Below, in pieces: positions 50,033-62,159 of a DNA stretch of 64,000 nt. The stretch lies in assembly GCA_965645245.1 (NCBI GenBank), contig OZ287078.1, positions 434,001 to 498,000 on the forward strand, given 5' to 3'. Numbering within the stretch: position 1 is the first letter of the stretch; each line of letters starts with the position of its first letter. Position numbers and translations under genes: made by a program. Below the pieces are notes generated by a model. It had not been told where the DNA came from, made no database searches, and saw nothing but the letters and a program-made list of their open reading frames with translations. The stretch comes from Massalongia carnosa (Eukaryota).

Positions 50033-53000
50033 ATGACAGATCGACAAAAACGGAAGAGTCTGGGCCTTTTTCGGCCTTCCATTGTTCCACTAACCCCAAT
50101 CAATGATGGGAAAGCGCCCGACTCACCTATCAGCGTGTTGAAAAAGCGCAATCCGTTGTCATTCGCCTCGAGCCAGCCATTGTCAAGCCCGACAGGAAGC
50201 ACATCAAGTAGTATTCCACCCAGCTTGGATCTTGGCCGTGCCGATTCTAGCGGTAGCACGGGTAAACCGTCTCCCAAAGCGCGACCCAAAAGCCTCCAGA
50301 AAGCTCGACCTTCAAGTTTCTTTGGCTCCCTGCGCTCTCTACATTCGCTTCAAGATGAGGGGGAGAATCTTACGCGGACTTCATCAATACAGTCATCCGT
50401 GCATTCAGTCAACTCAGGCTTGGAACAAACCGTTGGCTCCGGCTTAGGAGCAACAGACGTTGCTGCGGGCGTGGTCTTGCATCATGGGGCCACACAATCG
50501 TCCGCCGGAATGTTTAGGAAGCGAAGTCAATACCTTGTGCTCACTGACTCCCACTTGGTTAGGTTCAAGAGCCAAAATAAGGCTTCAGAAATGTTTCCAA
50601 GTATCCCAGCAGTTCTTGGGAAGCCGGGCTCCGTACGGCACTCCAGGATAAGTTCAAGTGGATCTCTGCATGAGCTCTATCCATCAACAGAACATTATTC
50701 TGCTGTACGACTTAACCACATTGTTGCGATACATAAGTTAGATGACGGACGGCCTTATTTCAGCATCGAAATTGCCCATATGGACCAGAAAACAAATCAT
50801 GCATCGGCAATGACGCTTCAACTCAATGATCCTAGGGATTCTGAACTATGGCTGTCTTGTATTCGAGCTGCTGCGGAGAAAGCGCGTTTGGTTGACCCTC
50901 TACCGTTTTCGCAGAACCTTGTTGAATACACTGCACGAGCTTTGGAACAGGATAGAGATTACGATCCAGATCAATTTCATATGTTCAAGGTTGTGCAGAG
51001 AGCCCGCAGATGTGGTGGAAGATCATCTTCAGATGACCTCGCGAAATTGACCTCAAATGTATGCATTCTGGCCATCGGGGTTTACAAGCTTCATCTGGTT
51101 CCGCTTCCCAAAACAACGCGTACTGCCTCAAGTACGTCATTATCTGACATGATTGGAGCTTCGCATGGCATCGCAACCCTGACCTCGTTGAACGTGCAGA
51201 ATTTCGATGATACGTTTCAACTCAACTTTCGAGTTCCGCTTCGGGAGTCTACGGTACTTTGTCTTGCATCATCCTGTGTTACTGATATTGCGCTGTGGAT
51301 CCGACAAGCTGCGGATTATGTGAGACCTGAATGGATGGAGCAACCGTTTACTTGGAATGTGCCCCAGAGCTTAGATGACGAACTTTTGCCAGTTCCAGCT
51401 AAGGAAGAAGATAACGCGTGTTTTGACCGAACTTTAACGGCATACTGCGCCGCTTACGATATCGACACTTCAAAGATCCGATATTTGGTCAACCACGACT
51501 GTGAAGATGCCCCTGCATTTCAACTGCTTCGCCCTGCTGACGCTCGGCGAGTGAAATATACATTGTTGGAACTACTGGCTGTCATGCGGGCACTACGCTA
51601 CAATGAATCGTTTACGACCATTTCATTTGCAGATATTGATCTAAACGTCCTTCACGGTACACAAGATGAACAAGGCTGGGACCATGTCCCGTGGACAACT
51701 CGATCAGGGGAGCCTCTCACGATAAGTCACCCAGAGAAGTCTTGGCTCCTTGTGCAAGAAGTACGGGCCTTGGCCTTGAAGAGTAGAAAGCTTCGACGAT
51801 TGGACTTTTCTCATTGTTTGACGAAAAAGGTGCAAGACGGCGCTGTTGTCCAGGAAATAGGATGTGGCTTTTGTGAGGCTTTGTTTCCGCTCTGCGCAAA
51901 GCAACTGACGAATGTGGACTGGATCATATTGAAGGGAATTGCTCTTGAAGAGATTGACGTTGATTATCTTTATTCAGCCGCAATCGAAAAATCATGCCAC
52001 TTCCGAGCGCTTGATTTAGGAAGCTGCGGGTTGATGGAACGAGGCATGACTACTGTTCTTGAGGCTATATCACGTCAAGCAGCCACTATGGAGTCACTGG
52101 ATCTTTCCGGTAATTTGGCGCGAATGGATCCGCAATCCTTGCACCAGCACATTCATAGCTTCGGCTACCTGCGGAAAATCAATCTATCCAACATCTCTCG
52201 AACCTCTGGACCTGAGCCTCTGATCGCAGCAGATGTCCTTTTGACGTGGAAGTTGGAAGAAATTAACTTCAATCGGACCTCATTGAACGCGCAAAGCGTT
52301 GTGGCCTTGTCCATGTATTTACAGAGCTCCCAATCGGATACTCTCCGTGCATTACGTCTTGAACAATGCCAGCTGACTGGATCAGACCTGGCCTCCCTTC
52401 TCCTCTCGATGAATAGGGGAGTGAACAGAATTCGCAACTTACATCTCTTCGTCACGGAAAATCGTCTTGAACAGGGGCATGACCAGCTCGTTAGCGCAAT
52501 TGGTCGTTCCATCACTCCAAGCCATATGACAATGCAAATGTTGGAATACAGCAACGAGCACCACTTTGGGGATCTCATCGGTGCTCTATCGAAGAACCGG
52601 TCGCTTCGGTACCTCGACATATCCAAAGCATCTTTACCCAAAGATGCGAGTGATAAAACTTGCGAGGCGCTACGGAAAATGTTCATCAAGAACAACACTC
52701 TTGAATTGCTGGACCTTTCGGGAGAAGAGGCCCACCTAGAGGTAGCTAACTTTGGAATTGGGCTTAACCACGCCCTGACGGGTCTCAAAGAGAATGATAC
52801 CCTGAGAATCCTGCGGATCGAGCATCAGAGACTTGGCCTCCAGGGCGCTAGCACCCTTGCCTCGGTCGTGGAGGTTAACACCGGGCTTCGCGAGATCCTA
52901 TGTGAGAACAACGAGATCACTTTGCAGGCTTTCACCGTGCTGGTAAATAGCCTCGAACACAACACTTCGCTCTTGTATCTCCCCCTCATGGACAGCGATA

Positions 53001-53530
53001 AGTCAACGTCACTGAAGAGGGTCGACCGGGAAGTGGAGGGCTTACGAGAAATCGCTTCTAGCCTAACGGCCAAAGCTGCGATGAAGAAAACATTAAGCGC
53101 TGCCAAGTCCAGTCAACGTTCCTTCTCCAGTCGGGCTCTCGATCGGTCCAAGGTCGCACCGTATGCCTACAGCAACGACAAGGAGGCCCGGGCTGCTGTT
53201 GGCGATCTGGCGAAGCAGTGGGACCACGCCAACGCACGCCTGCAGAAGTTTCTGACGAGGAATCACAACCTTGCACATGGTGCTCTTGGTGAAGAGGAGG
53301 CATCGGCGTCCATTGACGCTCTCACGGGGAGGATGGCAGGCTCGAGCCTCGACACAACGCCTCGGGGGGAAGTGGATCGGCAGTTGGGTCAGGCGGCTAC
53401 AGCGGAGACCGCCAGGGCGATTGATGAATACGATGGAAGAGGCTCCAGCGATGTTGAGGAATTGCGAAATGTGGACGAAAACGACGACATTCACGCAGCG
53501 CTGATGATGAGCCGCAGCTTGCTTGTATGA
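50033..53530 (+). CDS. Large intronless PH-like plus leucine-rich-repeat (RNI-like) protein, CARMIL-like architecture
   Basis: Single 3.5-kb ORF with first ATG at 50033. Ser-rich N-terminus, PH-like segment (YLVLTDSHLVRFK...WLSCIRAA), ALRYNESFTTISF, and repeated LxxLDLS motifs (FRALDLGSC, MESLDLSGN, LRYLDISKA, LELLDLSGE). Confidence 0.8.
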   Translation: MTDRQKRKSLGLFRPSIVPLTPINDGKAPDSPISVLKKRNPLSFASSQPLSSPTGSTSSSIPPSLDLGRADSSGSTGKPSPKARPKSLQKARPSSFFGSLRSLHSLQDEGENLTRTSSIQSSVHSVNSGLEQTVGSGLGATDVAAGVVLHHGATQSSAGMFRKRSQYLVLTDSHLVRFKSQNKASEMFPSIPAVLGKPGSVRHSRISSSGSLHELYPSTEHYSAVRLNHIVAIHKLDDGRPYFSIEIAHMDQKTNHASAMTLQLNDPRDSELWLSCIRAAAEKARLVDPLPFSQNLVEYTARALEQDRDYDPDQFHMFKVVQRARRCGGRSSSDDLAKLTSNVCILAIGVYKLHLVPLPKTTRTASSTSLSDMIGASHGIATLTSLNVQNFDDTFQLNFRVPLRESTVLCLASSCVTDIALWIRQAADYVRPEWMEQPFTWNVPQSLDDELLPVPAKEEDNACFDRTLTAYCAAYDIDTSKIRYLVNHDCEDAPAFQLLRPADARRVKYTLLELLAVMRALRYNESFTTISFADIDLNVLHGTQDEQGWDHVPWTTRSGEPLTISHPEKSWLLVQEVRALALKSRKLRRLDFSHCLTKKVQDGAVVQEIGCGFCEALFPLCAKQLTNVDWIILKGIALEEIDVDYLYSAAIEKSCHFRALDLGSCGLMERGMTTVLEAISRQAATMESLDLSGNLARMDPQSLHQHIHSFGYLRKINLSNISRTSGPEPLIAADVLLTWKLEEINFNRTSLNAQSVVALSMYLQSSQSDTLRALRLEQCQLTGSDLASLLLSMNRGVNRIRNLHLFVTENRLEQGHDQLVSAIGRSITPSHMTMQMLEYSNEHHFGDLIGALSKNRSLRYLDISKASLPKDASDKTCEALRKMFIKNNTLELLDLSGEEAHLEVANFGIGLNHALTGLKENDTLRILRIEHQRLGLQGASTLASVVEVNTGLREILCENNEITLQAFTVLVNSLEHNTSLLYLPLMDSDKSTSLKRVDREVEGLREIASSLTAKAAMKKTLSAAKSSQRSFSSRALDRSKVAPYAYSNDKEARAAVGDLAKQWDHANARLQKFLTRNHNLAHGALGEEEASASIDALTGRMAGSSLDTTPRGEVDRQLGQAATAETARAIDEYDGRGSSDVEELRNVDENDDIHAALMMSRSLLV

Positions 53531-54337
53531 TCACGACGACGGGGAATAATGACGGAGCACGACGGAGGGTCTGCAGGCCGGTTGGAGACTTTTAGCCGGT
53601 GGTTTTCTCTCGCACTTGATACCCATGGTGTTGATGGGTTCCGAGGCGTCGGTACGGTGAAGACGGTGGGACGGTGGACCAGTCGTATGGCTCCTGGATG
53701 CAACGTCATGGGGAGGACGTACTCGTATACTTGTCGATGTATTATTTGAGCGAATACAGTTTCGCATTACGGAGCTACTCCTACACGCGCGCACACGTGA
53801 AACGTACAACCGCATGAGTCGTTCTTCTTTGCGCTGCCGGATGACGGCGACGCGTGGTGTCCACGTACGCGAATCTATTCTGGATCCCCACCACCAATAC
53901 ATGGCTGGGGGCGTCTTCAATCTGACTGTCTTCTTTTGTTTTTTTTCTCTTTTCTCTTTTCTAGGGTTGCACGCATGGCGCGTCTGACGGCTTTCCCTCC
54001 CCGTAGTTATCGACCCACTGGTACGGAGTACTCCGTAACGATCAAGAACACCGTTTCGACAGGATTACCAGGTAAAGTACCAGGTAAAGAGTAGTATGTA
54101 GTTTGTACCTACCGTCACGTTTCTGGTAGGTGGGGGTGCGAGGATTCAGGCAGTAGACCGAGGCTGTGGAGGCTGTGGAGGCTGTGGAGGCTACGAAAGG
54201 CTGTGAAAGGCGACGCGGCTGTCGCATAAGCAAGTATACACCTATCTATCTACCGAGTACCTATTTTCGCTTTCGCATATTCGGGCATGTTCGGCGGGGG
54301 GTTTTTTTTATTTGCTAAAGATTCTGGAACTCTTGGA

Positions 54338-54385
54338 ATCTGGACTCTCGACTCTGGACTCTGGACTCTCGACTCTCGACTCTCG
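54338..54385. repeat. 7-bp tandem repeat (TGGACTC/TCGACTC)n
   Basis: tggactc tcgactc tggactc tggactc tcgactc tcgactc tcga. A 9-bp GAGGCTGTG x3 array also lies at about 54160-54192. Confidence 0.85.
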
Positions 54386-55468
54386 ATCAATTCATCCCGA
54401 TTCCCCGTTCGCTTGGCTTCTGATTGGCTGTTTGCATCCAACGGGCCAAAGGCCGCCGAGAGACGATCTCCTTCCGCAATCGGCCACTGGTGAAATCTTA
54501 CCCCTGTTTTGGAACAATACCGAGTCGAGAGTCTAGAATACGACTTCTGTACGGAATACCGTACAAAGTACTCTGTACCTACAGTACTTCATGCATCATG
54601 CAGGATCAATGCAGCTTCATACAGCTTTAAGCAGCCTCAGAAATGCAGGCAGCTAAGGACTAATCCAGCAACGCGATTGGTGCATAGGCGACCGTTGGTG
54701 CTTGGCAAAGATTGGAAACGAATACCTCTGTACCATCTCTGTAATCCTTGTGATGAATCTGCGATGTGCACACGGATATGCATAAAATAAAATAGTTTAA
54801 CTAATTTAAACGACAAAATGATATGCAAACGCCGTTTCACTGGAAATTGTTGTATGATACGCCGGGATTCACCGGTAATTTTCATGTCATATTCATGTGC
54901 GGTCGTGTGATTACGGGTAATTACCAGAAGAGAGTAGCAAAGGAGAAGGCGAAAAAAGAGTCTCTCAACCAACTTGACGAACTTGTCCCACTTTCATTTT
55001 TCGCTCCGTTCAATCTGCCTTCTTCACTTTCCTTAATTGATCCGCGTTCAACAGCCGGTCCTCTGTACCATTACTCTGTAATCCATTTCAATCCTCAATT
55101 CTCAATTCTCAATTCACAGTTCCCAGTTCATTTAATATTGTTGATTCATTGCAACCTCCATACACTCCCCCGTACAACCGCACAACCGTACAACACCCCC
55201 CCCTCCTTCCGGCATACAACTCGCCGCGTTCTCTTCGTCGTCGACAACCTTACTGTCATTGCCTGTCGTTGCACCATTGCACCGTTGCACCCTATGCGGC
55301 ACCAAAGAGCTGGAGATACAAGTCCGTAGCCATTGACATCCATCCCGCCTCTCCCACCACTCCCCTCCCCTCCCCTACGGCCGCTTGCGACATCGTCGAC
55401 CAGCCAATCTGGCCATCCCAAGCCTTGGTCATCTGCTTCGTCGCTTCGCAACCCCCCCCGTCCTCATT

Positions 55469-56623
55469 ATGCGTCGCGGTCTCGCCATCTTCCTCGTCAT
55501 CAACCTTCTCGTCGTGGCCTTTCTCGTACGAAGCGTCTTCACCCTTCTCAGCCTGCTCGTCGAAGATGGTTCGGCTGGTGCAATCCACAGCCCCGAGATC
55601 CCCGCTCCGAATTCCCCCTTGATCGACCACATGCCGCAGCTCATACCGAAAATCATACACCAGACGTACGTCAACGACACCATCCCGGAGCATTGGAGGG
55701 AGGCGCAGCGGTCGTGTATTGACCTGCACCGAGACTATGAATACAAGGTAACATGTCCCCGACCCGGGACGGCGACCGGGACGGCGACCGGTAGGCGGTG
55801 GGCTGACTTGGTGCTCCGAAGCTGTGGACCGACGTCAAATCACGCGAGTTGATTGCAACCGAGTATCCCTGGTTCCTCGCCACCTTTGACAACTACACGC
55901 AGCCCATTCAGCGCGCCGACGCCATTCGCTACTTTGTTCTCGCACATTTTGGTGGCATATACATTGATCTCGACGATGTGAGTGTCTCCCCCCTCTCCCT
56001 TCGCCAATCCGCCCTCGACATGCTCACCAGCTTCCCAGGGCTGCAATCGCCGACTCGATCCCCTTCTCTCCTACCCCGCTTGGGTGCGCCGCACCGCTCC
56101 CACCGGCATCTCCAACGACGCCATGGGCTCCATCCCCGGCCACCCCTTCTTCCTCCTCGTGATCGCGTCCTTAAAATCTTACGACAAGAACTGGCAGCTC
56201 CCCTACGTCACCGTCATGTACAGCACCGGTCCCCTCTTCCTCAGCGTGATCTGGAAGAAATACATGGCTTCGGGCCGCGACGTGGGCGACGGTCCCGGCG
56301 GCGGGCGCGTCCGCATCCTCATGCAGGAGGAGTACAATCGGCACGCGTGGAGCTTCTTCAGCCATCACAAGGGCAGCAGTTGGCATGGGCGCGACGCCAA
56401 GCTGATCTTCTGGATGGGCGGGCACTGGGTGATGATTACCGCGGCGGGGTTCTTGATCGCGGGCGTGGTGGGAGCGGGCCTCTGGTGGGTGTATGGGCGG
56501 GTGTTGCTGGTGGGGCAGCGCAAGGGGCAGGTGGGTGGAAGGAAGGGGGGATGGTCATCGCCGAGGCTGTGGGGGTTGCAAGGTGCGAAGGAATACGAGC
56601 TTTTGCAACGGCATGAGGTGTGA
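55469..56623 (+). CDS. SUR1: Mannosylinositol phosphorylceramide (MIPC) synthase catalytic subunit, GT32, three exons
   Basis: N-terminal TM, IPKIIHQTY, YEYK|LWTD, IQRADAIRYFVLAHFGGIYIDLDD (DXD motif), PTGISNDAMGS, VMYSTGPLFLS, GSSWH and a C-terminal TM. Confidence 0.93.
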
Positions 56624-57864
56624 AGTGTGCGGTTCCCCCCGGGGGGGGGTTTACTGGGGAGACACGAAGGCGTAGGATGGGGTTGTACGATGATTGTGTT
56701 GAGATGTACTAATGTTACCAAATTCTTGTTCTTTCGTTCTGGAGACACGGGGTTACTCGGCATGGGGGAGAGGGCGGGGTTATGCTAGGGATCCACCCCC
56801 CCAAAGGAAAGAACCAAGCAAGAATAAGCAACGAAAAAGAACGGGGGGGCCTTTCTGGTGGCGCCGGGCGCGGGCAAAGGATTCAAACCCGACCCTTTCG
56901 GAGGAACGGGAAGGGTATATGCTGTGCCTTTTACAAGACCTTTTGGTCGCGCAACAGGGGCGTCTTTCTCCCCTTTCTCTTGTGTTTGTATATAGTCCTT
57001 CGATCGTGCTGCATGAGGAGAAAAGGGGAAGAGAGGCGGAAGGGTTGTATGATAGTTATACCCGTCCGAGTCCGTTCGTTTTTTTATTTGTTTAAATTTT
57101 TGGGGGGGATCTCGATTCCCGAGTTCTTAGAGTTCTGAGTTTCGAGCTTGTTTTTTTTTGGGGATCTTCGTCCCGGCTTCTCTCCTGCTTTAACCCCTTT
57201 TCCCTTCCGCTTCTTCCTCTTCCTCTTCTTATCTCTCGATCTATCTATCTAAAGCGGTATCCCCAGCTAGCTTCTTTCTCGACACGATTATAGATCGTTA
57301 GATAGCTGGTTATGTCGGTGAAGCTTTACGTTTGTGTGGGTGAGTGTGTGTGTGTGTGTTCTAGATTGGGGGGGGGGAGGGGGGGGAGGAAGAGAAAAAG
57401 AGAGAGTTGTGTCAGGTTGTAGGGATAGGGATAGGTGTATATATATATGTAGGTTAAAAATGGGGTTTTTTCCCCCCCCCCCAAAATCTCGAAGACTAGA
57501 CTTTGACTTGACTTATCAACCTTTAATTCTCCCCGCTTTCACTTTCGCGTTGGAAACCCGAACCCCCCCCCCCCCCCCCCCCCGTTCGTGTGTGTTGGAA
57601 AGGAGTGGGTATAGTTGTGGAATAAATAGGTGATTGGTTGGTTGAATGGATGGATGGATGGATGGCTAGGGAGGTGGGAATGGGGGGGGGGGCCACTTTC
57701 GCAACGGGAAACAGAAAAAACCTTCGACTAGCGGGAAAAATAAAAGGGAGACACCCCTACGGTTAGGTATAACAAACAGTACGCTCATAACCTCCCCATA
57801 CCTCTTCCCTTCTTCTCTTCTCGTCGTTCTATCTATTCCCCCCCCCCGCCAAAAAAAAACAAAT

Positions 57865-58470
57865 TTACCAACAACTCCCCTCCTCCTGACCCCGACAGAT
57901 GTCCTTCTCGTGATAACTCACCACCGAGCACATCCTCTCGTCCACGTCGGCCAGGCCGAACCCGTCCACGCACACGGTCCGGCACGTGGCGACCGCCTCC
58001 CACCGGCGGCGGGTGACCTCCCCGCCCTCGGGGAACGGCAGCGCGCGCCGATGGCCGTTGAACGAGAACTTGGCCCACGGCTCGTACCAATAGCGCCAGT
58101 AGCACAGGCGCGCGCCGTCGGCGAACTGCCGGCACAGCTTCCCTGTCGTGCGTAGCTGCACGTCCTCGCGCGTGTCGGAAACGGGCACGCGCGCGTGGTG
58201 CGCGAATAGGTGCGTGCGGTTCATGGCGTAGCTCCGCGCCAGGTGCGCGTTGTGGTAGGCGAGCCCGTGGTGGGTGGCGGAGGCGCGGTGGGCGGGTTCG
58301 GGCCCCGCGGGGTCCAGCGTGCCGTGGCAGTGGCAGACGGTGAGGGTGAAGAGGTCGTGGGCCGGCATGCTGGAGTTGGTGTAGGGGAGTGGGTCCGGGC
58401 CGGGGCTGGGGCCTGCGAGAGAGAGAGAGGCGAGGAGGGCGGCGGCAGGGAGGAGGAGGAGGAAATGCAT
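57865..58470 (-). CDS. Small secreted cysteine-rich protein of unknown function (201 aa)
   Basis: Signal-peptide-like MHFLLLLPAAALLASLSLA, 9 Cys, an N-glycosylation sequon NSS, and strongly GC3-biased coding sequence flanked by low-complexity DNA. Confidence 0.7.
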   Translation of the reverse strand: MHFLLLLPAAALLASLSLAGPSPGPDPLPYTNSSMPAHDLFTLTVCHCHGTLDPAGPEPAHRASATHHGLAYHNAHLARSYAMNRTHLFAHHARVPVSDTREDVQLRTTGKLCRQFADGARLCYWRYWYEPWAKFSFNGHRRALPFPEGGEVTRRRWEAVATCRTVCVDGFGLADVDERMCSVVSYHEKDICRGQEEGSCW

Positions 58471-59813
58471 TTTCCTTTTTTCGATGGCTTTGGAGAGAGT
58501 ATGTGTGTGGTGTGTGGTTTGTACGTTTTCTTATTCCTTCCCCCCCCAGTTCGGCAGACGGATGGTAGTGGTGATGATAGCAAAGATTCTGCAAAGGGAA
58601 GAAACTGGAAACAGAGAGATAAAGAGAATTATATAACCTAGTTAGTTATATTCTCACAAAAAGAGACGGCATTCTTCGAATCAATCTTGTGGGGTTGGGA
58701 AAAAATGAAGGTAGAAAACCCTGCTTATCTGCTTTTTTGGTGGTACATGGGTATAAAATCCCAGCCCCAGCGCATACTCTATTGTGTAGGTAGGTATGCA
58801 AATACCGGGGATTGGGGTGGGAATCCGTCCCAGAGAAACGGAAAGTAAAAAAACTGCTGGAGAGAGATCTTAAAAAAACGAAAACCAACCCCTTTTAAAA
58901 ACCTCGGAAAACGTTAACAGATATCAACGCATATGGTTGCTGGCTTTGAGTAGACCAATAGAATCTGCGCTTCATCGGTCGGAACTCAATCGAAGATGTG
59001 CATCGAGAATAGTTTTCATGGAGGCAAGCACTAGTAACTACTCTCGATCACTCCCATTCTTCTTTTAGATCACCTACTGGTGCACTTCTAAGCACTGCCC
59101 ACGGCAGACGCGGGTCTGCCATGGATAAAGATTAGTTGCATGAAACCGGTCCTCTAAGATAGTGGGGCTGGCGTAGACAGCATGATTCATAAGAATTCTG
59201 TATACCACATATTCTAGAGCTAAGCAGCCGGAATGGATGAATGAGGTTGAAAAGATGGTTGACCTAAAAATTTTCTGTTAATTTACAAGGAACCAAATCA
59301 GAGTATAATATATAGATCTTATCATCGCTATAAAGATTAATATGAAGCATATGGCAAGCGCGGGGATAAAAGTCCGGTAATTTCACTCGCTCTGCAGACT
59401 CGTAATATGCACGCAGCAGTCGAGTATAACGTATTAAGAATTGAAACAGAAATACCTAAAATGTAATTGGAAGATGGAATAAGGATTGACCACATTCGTG
59501 ATTTACGCTTAACTTTATCAAAACCGTAGTCGGGGCAGTAGGGGATTATGATTGTAAGGTTAGGAAAAAAAGGTTTCTGTGCTCTAAAGAATGGCTATTG
59601 CTTAAGCTCTTCAAGCCGCTCAAGGATAGAACGAAAATTTTAATTATCCCATGCGCTTTTTGTAAACTTGGTCACAATAACTGGTACTGATAAGGAGAGC
59701 CTTCAAAGATTGTGTAGCTGATCTAAATGTCGGTTTGATTAGAGTATGAGCTTTCATATATAACCATAGATTAATAAGATGGTTACAGCATACCTTAAAC
59801 TAATATTTAGCCA

Positions 59814-60361
59814 TCAAGTTCCCTTTCCACAAAACCTAGCATCTCTTGACTCATATCCATACTGATCCTCTTGATCATAAACTTCGTCCTAATCAGTATT
59901 GTAAGAGCCGGACTCACGGGTGACTCGGCCTCTCAACGCATCACTCAGCTCAGAAGCATAGCAGTTGTTTGGCCCATTCCTGTAGTTGCAGAAATAGGCC
60001 ACGACGTTATTGGAAATTGAGTAAAGGTTCAGACCACCGCCAACAAAGGCGCTATTCCCGCACTGCGTTATAACGCCGCCGTACGAAACATACGTGTCCC
60101 GTGGTTGATGGCATAGCCACCGCAGCTGATCCTGCTGGGCCCTGTATTTTCGCGCTTGACGGTAAACTTAGCACTGTTGGTAAGACTACGGGACACTTTA
60201 ATATGTAATTCGCCAACTTTCCGGATGAAGGTATGCTTGGCCTCGCCAGCATCATCAATGGAGGCGCTGTAGACGCCATTGGGGTGATTAGCAGGAATCG
60301 TCCAGCCCGAGCGAGCAGCAGTAGCGCTGACGGTGAATAGAAGGATAGACTTGAACAGCAT
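59814..60361 (-). pseudogene. Small secreted Cys-containing protein gene with one frameshift and one in-frame TAG
   Basis: Signal peptide MLFKSILLFTVSATAA, a Kex2-like KR site, then ISCGGYAINHG. Adding one base at about 60098 continues DTYVSYGGVITQCGNSAFVGGGLNLYSISNNVVAYFCNY...NNCYASE...YNTD*DEV...YGYESRDARFCGKGT*. Confidence 0.65.
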
Positions 60362-61793
60362 GACGCTTCGGAATAGTTGAAGCTTTGGACAGGTGATGAT
60401 AATTTAAAAGTGAAGATTAGTCTTATAAAGAAACATCCAAGGAAAAAGTCTGCTTCTTATAGATCGGCCGAGGGACTTTAATTTACGTGCCAGGAGAAGT
60501 AGCCGCAGGCACAGGTTCAGGATATGAGCATTTCCTACCGTCGTTGTAAAGCTGCGAACTCTCTATTCAAGCACATTTTCTAAAGCTCGGTCATAGTCCG
60601 AAGTATGACTTTCGTCTATCGGAGTTCCAACTTCATTTTTAGGTACGAACACAGGCTTCGTTAGCCTGTGGTATTGGACACTTGAACCTGCTCGGGCTTT
60701 TTCGAGTGTTGCAAGTGGCTATGGCCGGCAACGTCACCTCCATAACATACATTTTCGTACCTGTATCTTTTTTAATGATCGTTACACTAGATGTAGTGAC
60801 AAAAATTTTGCAACCAACTAGCCGGATTAAGGCTTACACATCACGCTTCATGACCGGAGCATTGGTCCTTGGTCTAGACGGATGGCATTGGTGAAAAATT
60901 TTATCATCAGTTCTCCAAAAAATGCTGTTAACCTTCCTAAATTGAATGGTTTCCCCCAACTAAGCTATTAGTACGCACCTATCAGTGCATTAAAACTCGC
61001 TGCTACGGTTAGCTAACTGAACGATTGTGTATTCTAGAGATATTCTTCCAGTTAAAGAAATCTCCTGAATGAGCGCAAGCGGCAGGACTGTGAGCCATTT
61101 TTGTGCCGGGGATTAGACTTTAGAGCTTGAGAGAGACACCCTTGGGTCACTTAAAGATATACGAAAAATTCAGTTCAATGAGACCAATGCCAATACTCGA
61201 CGTAAACTGGTCTATACGCAGTTACTTGACTAACGAAGAGGATAAAAATTGTATATGAATTCGGGGTTCATAGTTGATAGAAGATATATGGGAGCAGATA
61301 GTAGAAGTATGGCTATTAGAGAGCCTAAAATTGCTAAGTTCCCTCTTATATTCACCAAAAAGGCATTTTTGCCAATCGACGTAGTAGAGCTTAGCTTGGG
61401 GTAAGGAGAGTCTTCTCTGTTCTCAAAATCTTGAAGTGTCTGGTGGGGAGAGATGTTAGCATAGCAGTGCGCGATTGAGGTGCGCTTCTCGAGTAGACAA
61501 CCTAAATAGAAACGGCCTTGCAAACTGTTTGTCGTCACTCCTGATACCTCTATCCTACTAAATTGACTAACTGCTCGCAACTCCTGAACCTAGCTTAGGC
61601 ATTCCACGTTGTCAAGCGAAGCATCTTCATCAAATATCAAGCAAGCGCTTCAAAAGGTCGGGTTTTCTAATGCGCTGGAGCTTAATGAGGAGAATGAAAC
61701 AAATCAAGAGATAGTGGAAGTGATGAGGATAAAGATAACTTTGAAGCGATTCTGTGCTTGGTGCTAGGAAATTTTTATCATGAGATAAAGGTT

Positions 61794-62050
61794 CACGTGG
61801 CTGACAAAAAAACCGGGACACCAAAACCCGCTTCCCGGAACAAATCAAGCAAACTTTTCAAAAAAGCATCTTTCTTGAAAATCATTCAGCAACAAAAACA
61901 ACCTGAAAAACCTTGAAGTCTTCTCAGATGACAGAACACATATCAATCTTAAGTTCCTCAAATTATTAAGTGTAGGAAAAAATAATTGCATGATATTGTT
62001 CTACGCGTAAGAGTGCTCAAGTTTTTGGTGTCCTGGTTTTTTTGTCACTA
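61794..62050. mobile_element. ~255-bp MITE related to the CACGCG family; right tip eroded
   Basis: Left end cacgtggctgacaaaaaaaccgggacaccaaaa. Inner 25 nt (61802-61826) vs 62023-62047 match at 24/25 as an inverted repeat. Shares the A-tract + GGACACCAAAA layout with the 7262 MITE. Confidence 0.7.
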
Positions 62051-62159
62051 GTTACCTAATAGGGACATTATTACCTAATATCACACCGCTAAACGGATTT
62101 CGGAATGAAACGGTCAACTTTTTCCCAAACAAGCCTATTTCCTCCACAGAATTCATGAA

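Noticed and set aside
54160..54385. Short tandem arrays as a CRISPR-like or telomeric repeat
   Set aside because: 7-9-bp units without spacers, eukaryotic context, and not TTAGGG-like.
59889..59891. Programmed stop-codon readthrough or recoding in the secreted-protein gene
   Set aside because: The same gene also has a frameshift, so pseudogenisation is the simpler explanation.
60900..61790. Protein-like fragments suggesting a decayed gene or TE (similar fragments at 15700-16900, 27400-27900 and 44500-44950)
   Set aside because: Frequent stops and no motif I can assign, so a call cannot be supported without a homology search.
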